A stretch of 62,094 nt of DNA, filler included, from Anaerolineae bacterium (GCA_029262755.1; 6 parts of 6 records of this genome joined end to end with filler, not necessarily neighbours in it); one strand, 5' to 3'; positions 40,982 through 51,997 are shown, counted from the first letter of the whole stretch. Translations and numbers: made by a program. The notes: generated by a model from the letters alone, not told the origin.

Positions 40982-41449
40982 ATGAAACTCGAAGCTCGTC
41001 TCCGTGAGGATCTGAGGGCCGCCATGCGCGCCCAAGACGATCTTCCAAAGCGCACGCTACGTATGGTCCGTGCAGCGCTCCAAAATTTGGCGATCGCCGA
41101 AGGCGAGTCCGAAGGCACCCTCTCGGACGCCCTCGTACTGCGTGTGTTGACCAAGCAGGCGAAGCAGCGCCGCGACGCAATCGAGCAGTTCGTGGAAGGC
41201 GGCCGTGAAGAGCTGGCCGGCGCGGAGCGCGACGAACTCGCGGTCATCGAGAGCTACCTCCCCAAGGCCATGGACGAAGGCGAGGTTCGCCGAATCGTGG
41301 CGGACGTCGTATCGGAGTCCGGGGCGAGCGGGCCGAGCGATATGGGGCGCGTTATGGGTTTGGCGATACCGCGTATCGGTGGACGCGCTGATGGTTCCTT
41401 GGTCAGCCGTTTGGTGCGCCAAGTGCTGATTGAGGCCGACCACGGTTAG
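40982..41449 (+). CDS. GatB/YqeY-domain protein
   Basis: L..DLRAAMRA.D, KQAKQRRDAIEQF, E..VIESYLP, DMGRVMG, GRADG. Confidence 0.92.
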   Translation: MKLEARLREDLRAAMRAQDDLPKRTLRMVRAALQNLAIAEGESEGTLSDALVLRVLTKQAKQRRDAIEQFVEGGREELAGAERDELAVIESYLPKAMDEGEVRRIVADVVSESGASGPSDMGRVMGLAIPRIGGRADGSLVSRLVRQVLIEADHG

Positions 41450-41488
41450 CGCGAACGTCGTCATCAACCCGTACGCTCGGCGCACTTC

Positions 41489-43774
41489 GTGAGCGGCGGT
41501 TGGTTGCGGCGCAGGGTTGGCGCGTTGCGCGGCTGGCTGCGCGAGCAGGCGAGCGCCGGTGCGCGCCTGATCTCGGGGGTCGTCGGCGTGCTCCTGGCGG
41601 TGGGGTTAACGGGCATCCTGCTCCTGCCATCGCTGGGTGGCGAAGGCGGATTGGAAACCGACGAGCCCAGCCCTCGCAATGTCGAGGCGCCGCGCGACCT
41701 GAGTTTTGAAAGCGTCGTCCTAACCCAGGATCGAAGACGAGCGGCCTCCGACGGCGTCTCTGCGATCTTCCGCGAACTGGATCACGGCGTCCGTCGGACC
41801 CAGGCCGAACGAGCAGCATCCGTGCTTGACCTCGTGCGCCGACTGCGCGATCAGGCGGTCCCGATCGACGATGCTCGCCGTGACCTTTCCGTGGTCCCTG
41901 AACTCAACGAAGGCAGCGACCTTGGCGGCGCATTGCTGATGCTCGACGAGCCTACGTTCCGGGAGGTCGCTCGGCAGGTACCGGCTGTCGTGGACTCCAC
42001 CATGCGCCTGCCCATCCGTCCTGACAGCCTCGCGACTGCGCGTACGAGCGTGCTCGCCTATGTCGAGAGCGGCCTCTCGCCCAGCACGGAGGACGTCATC
42101 GCGCAGGTGGCGCGCCGCTTCATACGGCCCAACATTCTGGTGGACGAAGAGGCCACGGAGGCTTCGCGCGCGGCTGCTTCCGCGGCCGTGGATCCTGTCA
42201 TTCACAAGGTCAGCCAGGGCGAGATGATCGTGCGTGAGGGTCAACGCGTCTCGACGCTACAACGTGAGACGTTGACAGCGCTCGGCTTGATTTCCGATGG
42301 GCCGGGTTGGCGCTTGGCCCTGGCCATGGCCGCGCTGGCTACAAGCCTCGTCGTAGTCTCCGGGATGACGTTGGCGCGCCTGCAGCCCGGATATTGGAAT
42401 CATCCGCGGCGGCTTACGATGGCTTGCCTGCTGCTGCTCGGGTTCGCGTTGGCCGCAACCGTGGTCGTGCCGGATCGGACGGTCATGGGATTCGCGTTTC
42501 CCGCTGCCGCGCTCGCGATGACCCTCGTGGTCTTCGCGGGGTTGGAGTCGGCGGTCTTGGCCGCTGCTGTGCTGGCGATCGTGATCGGCATGGCCGCTCC
42601 GCCGAGGATCGACGGGCTGGAGGCGATGGTCTTCGTATTCGTCGGAAGCCTGGCTGCGGCGGTAACCCTTGGTCGTGTCGACCGGCTCAAGTCCTTCCTC
42701 AGCGCCGGGCTGGTCCTGCTCTTGGCCAACGTGCTCACCTTGATCGCCTTTCGATTCCCGTCGAACGCCATCGACCTCCGCGGGGCGCTGGAGCTCGCCG
42801 GCGCAGCGACGGCCAATGCCACGCTCGCAACAGGGCTCGCGGCACTGGGCGTGCTGGCAGCGGGATCGCTCTTCGGCGTGACCACGTCCCTGCAGCTGCT
42901 CGAGCTTGCACGACCGGACCATCCGCTGCTGCGCGATCTGCAGGTCAAGGCTCCGGGCACCTATCAGCACTCGATCGTGGTGGGCAACCTCGCAGAACGG
43001 GCCGCCGGGGTGCTCGGCGCTGACGCTCTGCTCGTACGTGTCGGTGCGTACTACCACGATGTCGGAAAAATCGAGCATCCCTACTTCTTCGTGGAAAATC
43101 AGCTGAGCGGCCGCAGCCCACACGCCGGTCTTTCGCCCCAAGCAAGCGCCAAGATCATCCTCGATCATGTCACGCGCGGTGCGGCTATCGCACGCAAAGC
43201 CGGGCTGCCGGAGCCGATCATCGATTTCATCTTGCAACATCACGGCACGACCCGCGTCGAGTATTTCTATCGCCAGGCCGTCCAGGAATCTCCGGAGGGA
43301 GCGTCCGGCGTCCTTGCACGCTCGTTCCGCTACGCTGGTCCGCGACCGCAAACCCGCGAGGCGGCGCTCTTGATGCTCGCCGACGGCTCCGAGGCTGCGG
43401 TGCGCGCATCGAGCCCCGATTCCGCCGCGGATATCGACGCGATCGTCGAGCGCATCATCGAATCGCGGTTGACGGCGGGTCAGCTGGACGATTGCGAGAT
43501 CACGTTGCGCGACCTTCGCCGCGTCCGTCGGTCCTTCGTCCAGACGCTACGCTCCATGTATCACCCTCGCATCCAGTATCCGGATGGTCCGAGCTCCGCC
43601 CCCAGCGCAGCGTCCGCGGGCCCTACACCGGCTGCCGGCGATGCCCTCGCCGGGGCCGAGGGCGAGCCGCCCACATCGCAGGAACCGCGCGTCGGCTATG
43701 ACGCGATTGATCCCGATGCCATCGCCTCGATTTCGGCGGCCATACTCAAAGACGGCGGCAACGACGAGGCATGA
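41489..43774 (+). CDS. 7TM-HD phosphohydrolase (PgpH-like, candidate c-di-AMP phosphodiesterase)
   Basis: Extracellular domain, several TMs, APGTYQHS, YYHDVGK, FFVENQ, HHGT, LMLAD..EAA; directly upstream of ybeY. Confidence 0.9.
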   Translation: MSGGWLRRRVGALRGWLREQASAGARLISGVVGVLLAVGLTGILLLPSLGGEGGLETDEPSPRNVEAPRDLSFESVVLTQDRRRAASDGVSAIFRELDHGVRRTQAERAASVLDLVRRLRDQAVPIDDARRDLSVVPELNEGSDLGGALLMLDEPTFREVARQVPAVVDSTMRLPIRPDSLATARTSVLAYVESGLSPSTEDVIAQVARRFIRPNILVDEEATEASRAAASAAVDPVIHKVSQGEMIVREGQRVSTLQRETLTALGLISDGPGWRLALAMAALATSLVVVSGMTLARLQPGYWNHPRRLTMACLLLLGFALAATVVVPDRTVMGFAFPAAALAMTLVVFAGLESAVLAAAVLAIVIGMAAPPRIDGLEAMVFVFVGSLAAAVTLGRVDRLKSFLSAGLVLLLANVLTLIAFRFPSNAIDLRGALELAGAATANATLATGLAALGVLAAGSLFGVTTSLQLLELARPDHPLLRDLQVKAPGTYQHSIVVGNLAERAAGVLGADALLVRVGAYYHDVGKIEHPYFFVENQLSGRSPHAGLSPQASAKIILDHVTRGAAIARKAGLPEPIIDFILQHHGTTRVEYFYRQAVQESPEGASGVLARSFRYAGPRPQTREAALLMLADGSEAAVRASSPDSAADIDAIVERIIESRLTAGQLDDCEITLRDLRRVRRSFVQTLRSMYHPRIQYPDGPSSAPSAASAGPTPAAGDALAGAEGEPPTSQEPRVGYDAIDPDAIASISAAILKDGGNDEA

Positions 43775-44256
43775 GCGGTACGGTTCAGGTCGGCCTGACC
43801 ATGGATGTTCCTCAGACGAGCGTTCCAGCGTCTGTGTTCGATACGCTTCCGGAGCTTGGCCGATCCGCGTGTGCAGCCATTGCGAGATCGAGCCGGCGAC
43901 TTGGTGTGGCCCCAGAGTCCGAGATCGCGCTGGTGCTCAGCGGGGACGAAGCGCTCCACGAGCTCAACCGACGCTACCGCAATCGCGACACGCCGACGGA
44001 CGTGCTCACCTTTCCCGCTCCGGCCCCCGGACCCGGTCTCCGATTGGAATCGCGCACCGAGTTAGGCGATATCATCGTCTCCGTACCCTACGCCGTCCGC
44101 ACGGCAGCGGCTGGAAATCAGGGCCTGGGTGACGAACTCTGCCTGTTGGCCGTCCACGGCTTGTTGCACCTGTTGGGGCATGAAGACGCAGTCGACGAGA
44201 GCGCGGCGTTGATGCGCCGATTGGAAGTGCTTCTCGGCGTTCGCCCTCGTCGCTGA
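43771..44256 (+). CDS. ybeY: rRNA maturation RNase YbeY
   Basis: LNRRYR..D.PTDVLTF, LGDI, HGLLHLLGH. Confidence 0.9.
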   Translation: MSGTVQVGLTMDVPQTSVPASVFDTLPELGRSACAAIARSSRRLGVAPESEIALVLSGDEALHELNRRYRNRDTPTDVLTFPAPAPGPGLRLESRTELGDIIVSVPYAVRTAAAGNQGLGDELCLLAVHGLLHLLGHEDAVDESAALMRRLEVLLGVRPRR

Positions 44257-44262
44257 GTGAGG

Positions 44263-45309
44263 CTATTCCGGCACGGACCGCACGACCTCGGCCAACACGT
44301 CATCGGGCGCAACGCCCTCGGCGAGCGCCATGAAGTCCAAGATCAGCCGATGGCGCAGGGCCGGCATGGCCACGCTCCGTATGTCCGCCCGTCCGACATG
44401 GTGCCGACCATCGAGCAACGCCTGCACCTTGGCCCCCAACAACATCGCCTGGAGCCCGCGCGGGCTTGCTCCGTATCGGACGTGCTCACGCACCGCCGCC
44501 GGCGCCGCCGGATCACCGGGATGGGTGGCGCGTAGCAGACGCGCCCCGTAATCGAGCACCTCACGCGCAGCCGGCACATCTCGCGCGAGCGCTCCCATCT
44601 GCTGAATGCGCGAAACATCGGCCACAGCGCGCACGCCGTCCTGGCGCCCGCCCGTCGTGCGTTCGGCGATGGTGATCAGATCTTCCACCGGCGGAAATGT
44701 TGCTTCGAGCTTGAAGCTGAATCGATCGAGCTGCGCTTCCGGAAGTGGGAAGGTGCCCTCCATCTCGAGAGGGTTCTGGGTTGCGAGCACAAAGAAGGGC
44801 GAAGGCAGCTGGTACGTGCTCTTGCCGACCGTCACCGTGCCCTCTTGCATGGCCTCCAGGAGCGCCGACTGAGTCTTGGGCGTTGCGCGGTTCACCTCGT
44901 CGGCCAAGACCAGATGCGCGAAGATGGGGCCCGGTTCGAAGCGGAAGCTACGGCCGCCATCGGCCGTGGTTTGGAGCATCAAGGTTCCGAGAATATCGGC
45001 GGGCATGAGATCGGGTGTGAACTGCACGCGGCTGAACACGCCATCAATGGCTGCCGCTAGGCTGCGCACCAGAAGGGTCTTTCCCAATCCAGGCGCGCCT
45101 TCCACCAGCGCGTGTCCGCCACAAACGATGGTCGTTACCACCAGTCGAACAAGGTCATGGTGGCCGACGATCCGCGTTCCCACGGCATTCTCGAGCGCCG
45201 CAAACGAATCGCGGAATGCCTGAGGCTCCAGCTCCGGCAAGGCGGATTCGGGTCCGGATCGTCCGACGGCGGGCGAGATGGGCGTAGGGCGCGACGGTCG
45301 ATCGATCAC
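44263..45309 (-). CDS. Second MoxR-family AAA+ ATPase
   Basis: [42 protein letters not shown] start overlaps the upstream stop. Confidence 0.93.
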   Translation of the reverse strand: MIDRPSRPTPISPAVGRSGPESALPELEPQAFRDSFAALENAVGTRIVGHHDLVRLVVTTIVCGGHALVEGAPGLGKTLLVRSLAAAIDGVFSRVQFTPDLMPADILGTLMLQTTADGGRSFRFEPGPIFAHLVLADEVNRATPKTQSALLEAMQEGTVTVGKSTYQLPSPFFVLATQNPLEMEGTFPLPEAQLDRFSFKLEATFPPVEDLITIAERTTGGRQDGVRAVADVSRIQQMGALARDVPAAREVLDYGARLLRATHPGDPAAPAAVREHVRYGASPRGLQAMLLGAKVQALLDGRHHVGRADIRSVAMPALRHRLILDFMALAEGVAPDDVLAEVVRSVPE

Positions 45310-47855
45310 GGGGCATCGTTTCCTTGCGTGGAGCGAGACAAGCGTAGCGAGTCCGGCAGGCGGCCCAGACGGAGTGCGACATCCAACGGCCACAACAAGG
45401 TTGCCAGCGCGATCAGCCATGGCGCGAATGTGCGACGGCTGCCGGGCCCTTGCAACCACCCCTGGTCGAGGCGCTCGATCGCCCGGCCACCTCCATCCTG
45501 GGCAAGGTCGGCGAGTAGGTTGATGCTGTGCGCCGGCGGGAGCGACTCCTCGGGATGGCCACGCAGCAACGTCGCTGGGGACCACGCGTCGTCTTCCGCA
45601 GCGTTGGGGGCCTTCGCCCGAACGCTCATCGGCCATGCGAGGAGCCCGTCCTTCGCAGGACCGATGTCGATCGTCAGACCATAGCGGCCCGGGGCAAACG
45701 CGTGCATCGCGGCGGGCGGTCGCGCACCCCGGTCATCCGTGATGACGACGCTGACGTCGGCCAGCGATCGCGGCCCGCCCGATTCGTCGATCAACGATGC
45801 CTCGACGCGGGCGCGCTCGCCACCGGGCTCCACGCGCACATCCACGTCGAGCTTCGCATCGCCCACCGGTCCGGCCAGCGCGTGTACAACGGCGGCCCAT
45901 GCATCCGCTCCGCGCGCGTCCGCGCGCCAGTCCGTGGCCCAGCGCGCGCCGACATCGCTCGTCCACGCTGTTACCGTGCCCAGGCCGACCCGCCACGTTG
46001 CCAAGATCGGATCGCCTTCACCGGACTCCAACACCACGTCGGCTTCCGGCCGAGGCAAGAGCGCGAGGTAGCCGCCCAAACTCGGCAACGCGCTCGTGTC
46101 GATCGCGCCGAGCAGCGGATGGTCCAGCGCCGCGGCCGCTGCGCGCGGCCGCACCTCCCCTTCCCGTTCCGCGCCGGCGCGCACCATCTCGCTCTCTTCC
46201 GCGGTCAGGCGCGGGAGCCGGCTCGGATCTCCGGCCGCGTGGAACCGTCCATCACCCAAGCGCGCGAGCCGGCGTAGCAACGCTTCATCGGCATCCAGAC
46301 CGATGGCGATCGTGGACATCGTGACCCCTGCCGCCCGCGCTGCACGTACGGCGCGCGCCATGGCCTCTTCCTCCCCGTGATCGTCCTGACCATCCGTAAG
46401 GAGCACGGCGTGGCGGGTGGGCGCATCCTCGCCGGCCAGAACCGGTAACCCAAGTTCCAAAGCGCCGAGAATTCGCGTGCCGCCACCCTCTTGCAGCCGG
46501 CGCAGCGAGCGGCGTAGCGTCTGCTCTCCGTCCCCGTGTTCTACCGGCCCCATGGGCGCCAGCCAGCGCGCACCGTCGTCGTATTCCACGGCGCCGATCC
46601 GGTCACCGGGTTCTAGGACGCCGGCTGCCAGCAGGGCCGCTTCGCGGGCGAGATCCAACTTCGAGGCGCGGCTGCGGGAGTCGCCACCTGCCATCGACGC
46701 GGATCGATCGACCAAGAGCAGGAGCGAAACGGCGCGGCGTCGTCCGGAGGGAGCCGGCTCGAGGTGCACGGGCGCCAGCTCCTCGAGAACCGTGCCGCGC
46801 CAACCGCCCAACACGAAGCTGCGCCGGCCGCCGGTCATCAGCAAGCCATTCCCGAGGTCGCGCACGTATGCGGCGAGCGTTGCTCGTTGTTCGTGAGCGA
46901 GCGCGGACGCGGGGACATCGACGAGGATTGCGACGGGCCAGCGGGCCAGCGCGCTGATGCGGCCTGGTACACGCTCCGGTCCGAGGACCGTGGCTCGAAT
47001 GCCTGCTCGTTCCCGCAGCAGGTCCGCGAGCACGACGGGTTCTTCGCCCTCGCCGATAATCAACACCGCAGGCGGGGCAACCACGTGGACGGCGGCTGTT
47101 CGCGCGTCGTTCTGCGGCGCCTCGTCTCCGACTGCGGTGACGCGCGCCTCGATGCGCCACGAGCCGACCGACCGCGTTGCCGTAATCGGGAGAGCGGTCA
47201 CGGCGTTGCCCGGTGCGAGCGAGACGGCGGCGCGAGCGATCGCCCGGTCATTCGCCCGGATCTCGATGCGTGCGGTGCCGGTCATCGTGGAGCGTGTGGT
47301 GACCATGACCGATGCACGTACGCCGGCCCGAAGCGCGGGTGGCACGCGTAGGTCCACGACCGCCACGTCTTGGTTGGGCGTTCCCTCGCGTCCCGGCAGC
47401 GCGAGGGTGTCCAGCTGCAACCCCGCTTCGACCATGTCGCGAACCACAAAGCGTGGATCGTCGCCCGTAGCCCGACCGTCTGACGCCACCAGCGCCCGTG
47501 TCGAAGCCGGCAAGCGGGCCGCGACATCGCGAAGCGCCTCGGCAAGCGGCGAGCGCACATCGTCTCCAAACGGCAAGACGACGAATCCCGGGCTGTCCGA
47601 CAATTGATCCTCCAAGGCCTTGAGTGCGTCCGCATCGACGCTTGCGGATCGGTCCAACAGCAAGACCCGCTGCTCCGTGCCGGCGGAGGCCAGCACGGGG
47701 CCGGCTAGCGCTACGCCAACGGTCGCGAACAGGAGGAGGCGCAACCGACCAATCCGCCGCGCGCGGTGCGGCTGCAACCAAAGGATCACCAGCACCACGG
47801 CGGGTACGAGCATCCAGAGGGGCCGCAACAAGTCCGGCTGGCCGAGCGACATCAT
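45306..47855 (-). CDS. Membrane protein with two vWA modules and a GATase-like domain
   Basis: DRSASV and DRSASM MIDAS motifs, SDG/TDG, GNGLLMTGG..SF..GGW, C-terminal TM W..DVALR. Confidence 0.8.
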   Translation of the reverse strand: MMSLGQPDLLRPLWMLVPAVVLVILWLQPHRARRIGRLRLLLFATVGVALAGPVLASAGTEQRVLLLDRSASVDADALKALEDQLSDSPGFVVLPFGDDVRSPLAEALRDVAARLPASTRALVASDGRATGDDPRFVVRDMVEAGLQLDTLALPGREGTPNQDVAVVDLRVPPALRAGVRASVMVTTRSTMTGTARIEIRANDRAIARAAVSLAPGNAVTALPITATRSVGSWRIEARVTAVGDEAPQNDARTAAVHVVAPPAVLIIGEGEEPVVLADLLRERAGIRATVLGPERVPGRISALARWPVAILVDVPASALAHEQRATLAAYVRDLGNGLLMTGGRRSFVLGGWRGTVLEELAPVHLEPAPSGRRRAVSLLLLVDRSASMAGGDSRSRASKLDLAREAALLAAGVLEPGDRIGAVEYDDGARWLAPMGPVEHGDGEQTLRRSLRRLQEGGGTRILGALELGLPVLAGEDAPTRHAVLLTDGQDDHGEEEAMARAVRAARAAGVTMSTIAIGLDADEALLRRLARLGDGRFHAAGDPSRLPRLTAEESEMVRAGAEREGEVRPRAAAAALDHPLLGAIDTSALPSLGGYLALLPRPEADVVLESGEGDPILATWRVGLGTVTAWTSDVGARWATDWRADARGADAWAAVVHALAGPVGDAKLDVDVRVEPGGERARVEASLIDESGGPRSLADVSVVITDDRGARPPAAMHAFAPGRYGLTIDIGPAKDGLLAWPMSVRAKAPNAAEDDAWSPATLLRGHPEESLPPAHSINLLADLAQDGGGRAIERLDQGWLQGPGSRRTFAPWLIALATLLWPLDVALRLGRLPDSLRLSRSTQGNDAP

Positions 47856-49636
47856 CGCGCCTGCGGCCGCAGTCTTCGTCTGCCGGACTGCGCCCGGGCG
47901 AGCCTCGGCATCGTCACGAACGACTCGGCAGCCACCAGGATGCACGCGAGGATCGCCAGTCCGGGCGCTAGCGGCAGTTGCCCGGGCGCATCGTCCTTTG
48001 GCTGATCATTTGCGCGCGATGCGGGCGGGCTCCCCCGCAGATCACTCTCGCGCGCGTCGCCGCCGAGCACGAAGACCGATAGCGGCTGACCCCGATCCAA
48101 TTCCGTGGGCGGGGAAAGCGTCCAAACGCCGGGTTCATCCAGTCGCCATCGGCCCAGACGCGGGGAGCGCGGCTGACCATCGGGTCCGCGCACCAACGTC
48201 TCGCCGCGCCACCGCGCGGGCGCGCTGAGCAACGAGCCCGACGTCCGGCTCGCTTCCGGGAGCCGAGCCAGATGCTCGAGCATGCGGCTGATTAGGATCG
48301 GCAACGTGGCATGGCGCGCCAGGTTGCCTTCGTCGGGATCAAAGGCCAGAACGGCGACCGTGCCATGGAGGGTCTCCGTTTCCCAAACAAGCAGACGGTC
48401 CGCCGTTGCCAATAGTGTTTGCGCTCCGGCGGGCGCGCTCTCTGCTCGGGCGCCGCCAACCCGGACCCCGCTCCAATCCATGTCGTCCAGCGGCTCTGCC
48501 GCGTACACGGCGCCCATCGATACTACCTTCGCCTCGGCCGCCAGCGCCAGCCATTCGCCCGCAGGCGGATTGATCAATAGCGTCGCGCCGCGCGGTAATG
48601 GATCCGGCACGGGGCCCACGATGAGCGTCACATCCATCGAGGCGTCGTCGACCAATTGTGCCCGGCCGACGTTCAACGCTGCGAGCGACGGAATCGCATC
48701 CAGCGACCTCGCTACGCCTTCGGAGCGCCCGGTCCACTGCAATCGCAGGGCACGCGGCCGAACATCAAGGATCGCCTCGTCGTCCAGCCGCAATCCGTCT
48801 GCACCGTCCCGCCGCAGCCGCACCACGGACGTTCCAGGGTCCAAGCGCCAGGTCAGGTCTTGGGTGTTGCCCGGCTCCAAACGAACGCGTTGCCGCGCGA
48901 CGTCCACGCCATCCTCCGACACGATCCACGTCGTCTCGACCGTGTCTGCCGTGAAGGCAGCGATGCGGGCGAAGAGCTGGGATCCTGCGGCGGCGTCCTT
49001 TGCCCTGTACGCGCGGGCCTCCAACAGCGCTACGTTGTCCAACGGCACTCCGAAGCGCTCGATGCGCGCAGTGCGTGCATCGGTGCTTGGATCGGGCGTA
49101 CCCGCGTCTCCGAGCACGAGGATCCCACCACCGGGGTGGACCGCGTCGGCCAAGGCGAGCGCCTCGTCGATTGCGCTGCCCGTGCCGCCTGGATGCAACC
49201 CGTCCAGGGCCGCCCCGAGACCGGGACCATCGCGCCAGACAAGCTCCGGCTCCGGGCCCGCTGTGATCAGCGCCGTACGGCCGCCGCCGGCCAGCACGGA
49301 CCGCGCGCGTTGCACGGCCTCGGGCCAACGTGTCCCCGCGGCCATACTCGACGACGTATCAAGGACGATCACCCGGGCGTCCGGCGCGCCCCGCGCCCCC
49401 GGCACCGTCGGCTGCGCGAGAGCGAGGGCGAAGAGGGCGGCGGCAAGCAGTCGTAGGACGAGCGGCACACTCGGTGGGACGCGCATTCGCCGCCGCGGTG
49501 GCTCGCCGGGCAGGGCCATCCATGGCACCAAAGATGGGACCACGTGCCGCCGCGCCTGTGCCCGGCGCCGGTGCAACCACCACATCAGCGGCACGATCGC
49601 CATCGCCGCCAAACCGGGCGGCCAAAGGAGGCTCAC
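47852..49636 (-). CDS. BatA-type N-terminal double-TM plus vWA protein
   Basis: P.GL.A...VPL.WWLH...VPSL..W...LRLL...LALAQP; DTSSSM MIDAS. Confidence 0.8.
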   Translation of the reverse strand: MSLLWPPGLAAMAIVPLMWWLHRRRAQARRHVVPSLVPWMALPGEPPRRRMRVPPSVPLVLRLLAAALFALALAQPTVPGARGAPDARVIVLDTSSSMAAGTRWPEAVQRARSVLAGGGRTALITAGPEPELVWRDGPGLGAALDGLHPGGTGSAIDEALALADAVHPGGGILVLGDAGTPDPSTDARTARIERFGVPLDNVALLEARAYRAKDAAAGSQLFARIAAFTADTVETTWIVSEDGVDVARQRVRLEPGNTQDLTWRLDPGTSVVRLRRDGADGLRLDDEAILDVRPRALRLQWTGRSEGVARSLDAIPSLAALNVGRAQLVDDASMDVTLIVGPVPDPLPRGATLLINPPAGEWLALAAEAKVVSMGAVYAAEPLDDMDWSGVRVGGARAESAPAGAQTLLATADRLLVWETETLHGTVAVLAFDPDEGNLARHATLPILISRMLEHLARLPEASRTSGSLLSAPARWRGETLVRGPDGQPRSPRLGRWRLDEPGVWTLSPPTELDRGQPLSVFVLGGDARESDLRGSPPASRANDQPKDDAPGQLPLAPGLAILACILVAAESFVTMPRLARAQSGRRRLRPQAR

Positions 49637-49745
49637 CAGCGCCGAGCCTCGAGAATGGCGGCCTTGGCCAAGAAGGGCAGGACGCTGCGTTCCAGCGGCC
49701 AGTCGGAGGGCAGCATGACCAAACGCGCCCCACGCGCGCGACAGA
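49633..49745 (-). CDS. C-terminus of a probable DUF58 protein (5'-truncated)
   Basis: Reads CRARGARLVMLPSDWPLERSVLPFLAKAAILEARRW*; its stop overlaps the BatA start; typical operon position. Confidence 0.5.
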
Positions 49746-49845
49746 NNNNNNNNNNNNNNNNNNNNNNNNNNNNNNNNNNNNNNNNNNNNTTAATTAATTA
49801 ANNNNNNNNNNNNNNNNNNNNNNNNNNNNNNNNNNNNNNNNNNNN
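49746..49845. other. Artificial contig spacer
   Basis: N-TTAATTAATTAA-N. Confidence 0.99.
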
Positions 49846-50672
49846 ACCCCTTCGGCCGAACGAGCCCCACGCGCGCCGAGCATGTGGTCGCCGAGCTCGG
49901 TTCCGTCGTAGACCTCGTGCTCGACGGCGGTCCATGCTCGGTCGGCGTCGAGTCCACGGTGGTCGACACCTGCGTCGACCCACCGCGGGTGTTGCGCCCA
50001 GGTGGCGTGACGTTGGAGGCGTTGCGCGCGGTGATACCGGGGATCGTGTCCGGACACCCCTTCGAGTCCGATTTGGAGCTCGAGCGCGACTCCGAGCCCG
50101 GTCCCATGGTCGACACGGCGAGCTATACCGAGACGTCGCCCGCGTCCGGTTCCCAGATGCCCGGACGTCGCTCGCCCGGGACGCGCGTCCGTCACTACGC
50201 GCCGCGAGCGCGCGTGCTATTGCTTACCGGCGAGCCCGCCGCACTGCGCGCCGGCCTTTCCGCCGCGTCCGAAGCGCTTGCTGCCCGCGGCATGCACGTG
50301 GGGCTGTTGGCCGCCGACGAGATGCTCAGCGGGTCGATGGACGCGCACGATCTCGCAGCGGACGCGGTCGAACACATGCGAGCAAGTGCAACGGCGGGAG
50401 AAAACGCAACGGCAGAGGCAAGCGCGCACATCCATCGTGCATCGCTCGGCCCGGCATCGACTCCCGAGGTCGCCGCGCGACGCCTTTTCGAAGCCCTGCG
50501 GACCTTGGACAGCGCGGGCGTCGACGTCGTGCTTGCCGCAGATCCCGGCACCGTCGGTCTCGCGCTCGCCGTACGCGACCGCTTGTCGCGCGCGGCCGAA
50601 GGTCGGCTCGTGGCCGCGCGCGATCTCGAAGCGGTAGTCCGGGCGGCCGTCGGCCGCGATGGGTCCGTCTAG
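49846..50672 (+). CDS. sua5: L-threonylcarbamoyladenylate synthase (Sua5 type), 5'-truncated
   Basis: PFGRTSPTRAEHV, LDGGPC.VGVESTVVD, LRPGGV, SPG...HYAP, A..LFEALR.LD. Confidence 0.9.
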
Positions 50673-51997
50673 CGGCGAATTGGCTCGTCGAGCGATCGCT
50701 CACCGAGCGTGACCGGGACCGCTATGCGCTCGTCGCCCCGCAGGACGGTCATCTCGATCGTATCGCCCGGCTTGGTTTCCAAGGATACGTACGTCAACAG
50801 ATCGTCGAACGAAAAGACCGGCTCGCCATCGATCGCGATGACGATGTCGCCGTCGGGCGAAACGGGGCCGCCTTGCAGGGAGTTCTGGCTCGAGCCGGTT
50901 GTGCCCTGCAATCGGCCACGGGAAGGCCCGTCCAATAGGACTTCGCCGATGTACGCACCTTGCATGTCGAGGTCCAGCCCGCGCGCGATCGTGATCTCAC
51001 TGTTGAGCGCACCGCCCTGAACTCCAAGATAAGGCCAGCGGTACGCGCCACTGCGAATCAGCTCAGGCACGACCTTCGCGACGATAGATGCGGGGATCGC
51101 GAACCCGACGCCGGCGTTGGCCGCCGTGCCCTGCGTCTGGATCTGGGCGTTCACGCCGATGACCTGACCGCGCGCGTTGAGCAGAGGACCACCGGAGTTT
51201 CCGGGGTTGATCGCGGCATCCGTTTGGATCGTCTGCGGGATGGCGAACCGGGTTGCGCCATCCGGAATCGTCCGTCCCAGCGCGCTGATGATCCCCGACG
51301 TCATCGTGTTGGCATGACCGAAGGGGTTGCCGATGGCCACGACCGGCTCGCCGACCCGCAGGACGTCGAAGTCCTGCAGCAAGGGCAATGGGCGCACGCC
51401 GGAAGGCAGGTTGTCGATCCGCACTACCGCGAGGTCGCTGAACACATCCGTACCCACAACCTCGCCGGTGCGGCGCAGACCGCTATCAAAGACGATGTCG
51501 ACCTCACGCTTGTTCGTCACAACGTGGTTATTGGTGACCACGTGCCGATCATCGATCAAGAAGCCGGAGCCCTGTCCGCCGCCAACCACGATACCGTTGA
51601 TCATCTGCGGCACTTCAATGCTCACAACACCCGGATTGACCTGTTCGAAGAGGGTGGTCAGATCGCCGGCCTCGCCGCGTGCCGGCGCGGGCAGGGGCAG
51701 TGCTCCAAGCGGCGACGCTGCGGCTGCACGTTCCGCACGCGCGGCATCGATGTCCGCCGCGCTATCGCCCGTAAGCGGGCGCGCCGCAGCGGGCGCACCC
51801 GCCGTTCCCGTTTGGGGCGCGCTGTCGAAGCGCACGGGCTCGCGCACGGAGCTCCTCCCGTCCGCCAGGCTGTCGAACAAGGCGCTGCCGCCCGTGCCGG
51901 CCAGCAACATGCCGCCGGTGATGACGGCGGTGCACATCAGGAGCGCGACCGCGAGAATGCCGCAGCCGAGCATGACGAGTCGTTCACCGTGGCTCAT
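50669..51997 (-). CDS. HtrA/DegP-like serine protease with one PDZ domain
   Basis: N-terminal TM, GSGF, TNNHVV, DLAV, QTDAAINPGNSGGPL, PYLGV, GDIVIAIDG. Confidence 0.93.
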   Translation of the reverse strand: MSHGERLVMLGCGILAVALLMCTAVITGGMLLAGTGGSALFDSLADGRSSVREPVRFDSAPQTGTAGAPAAARPLTGDSAADIDAARAERAAAASPLGALPLPAPARGEAGDLTTLFEQVNPGVVSIEVPQMINGIVVGGGQGSGFLIDDRHVVTNNHVVTNKREVDIVFDSGLRRTGEVVGTDVFSDLAVVRIDNLPSGVRPLPLLQDFDVLRVGEPVVAIGNPFGHANTMTSGIISALGRTIPDGATRFAIPQTIQTDAAINPGNSGGPLLNARGQVIGVNAQIQTQGTAANAGVGFAIPASIVAKVVPELIRSGAYRWPYLGVQGGALNSEITIARGLDLDMQGAYIGEVLLDGPSRGRLQGTTGSSQNSLQGGPVSPDGDIVIAIDGEPVFSFDDLLTYVSLETKPGDTIEMTVLRGDERIAVPVTLGERSLDEPIRR

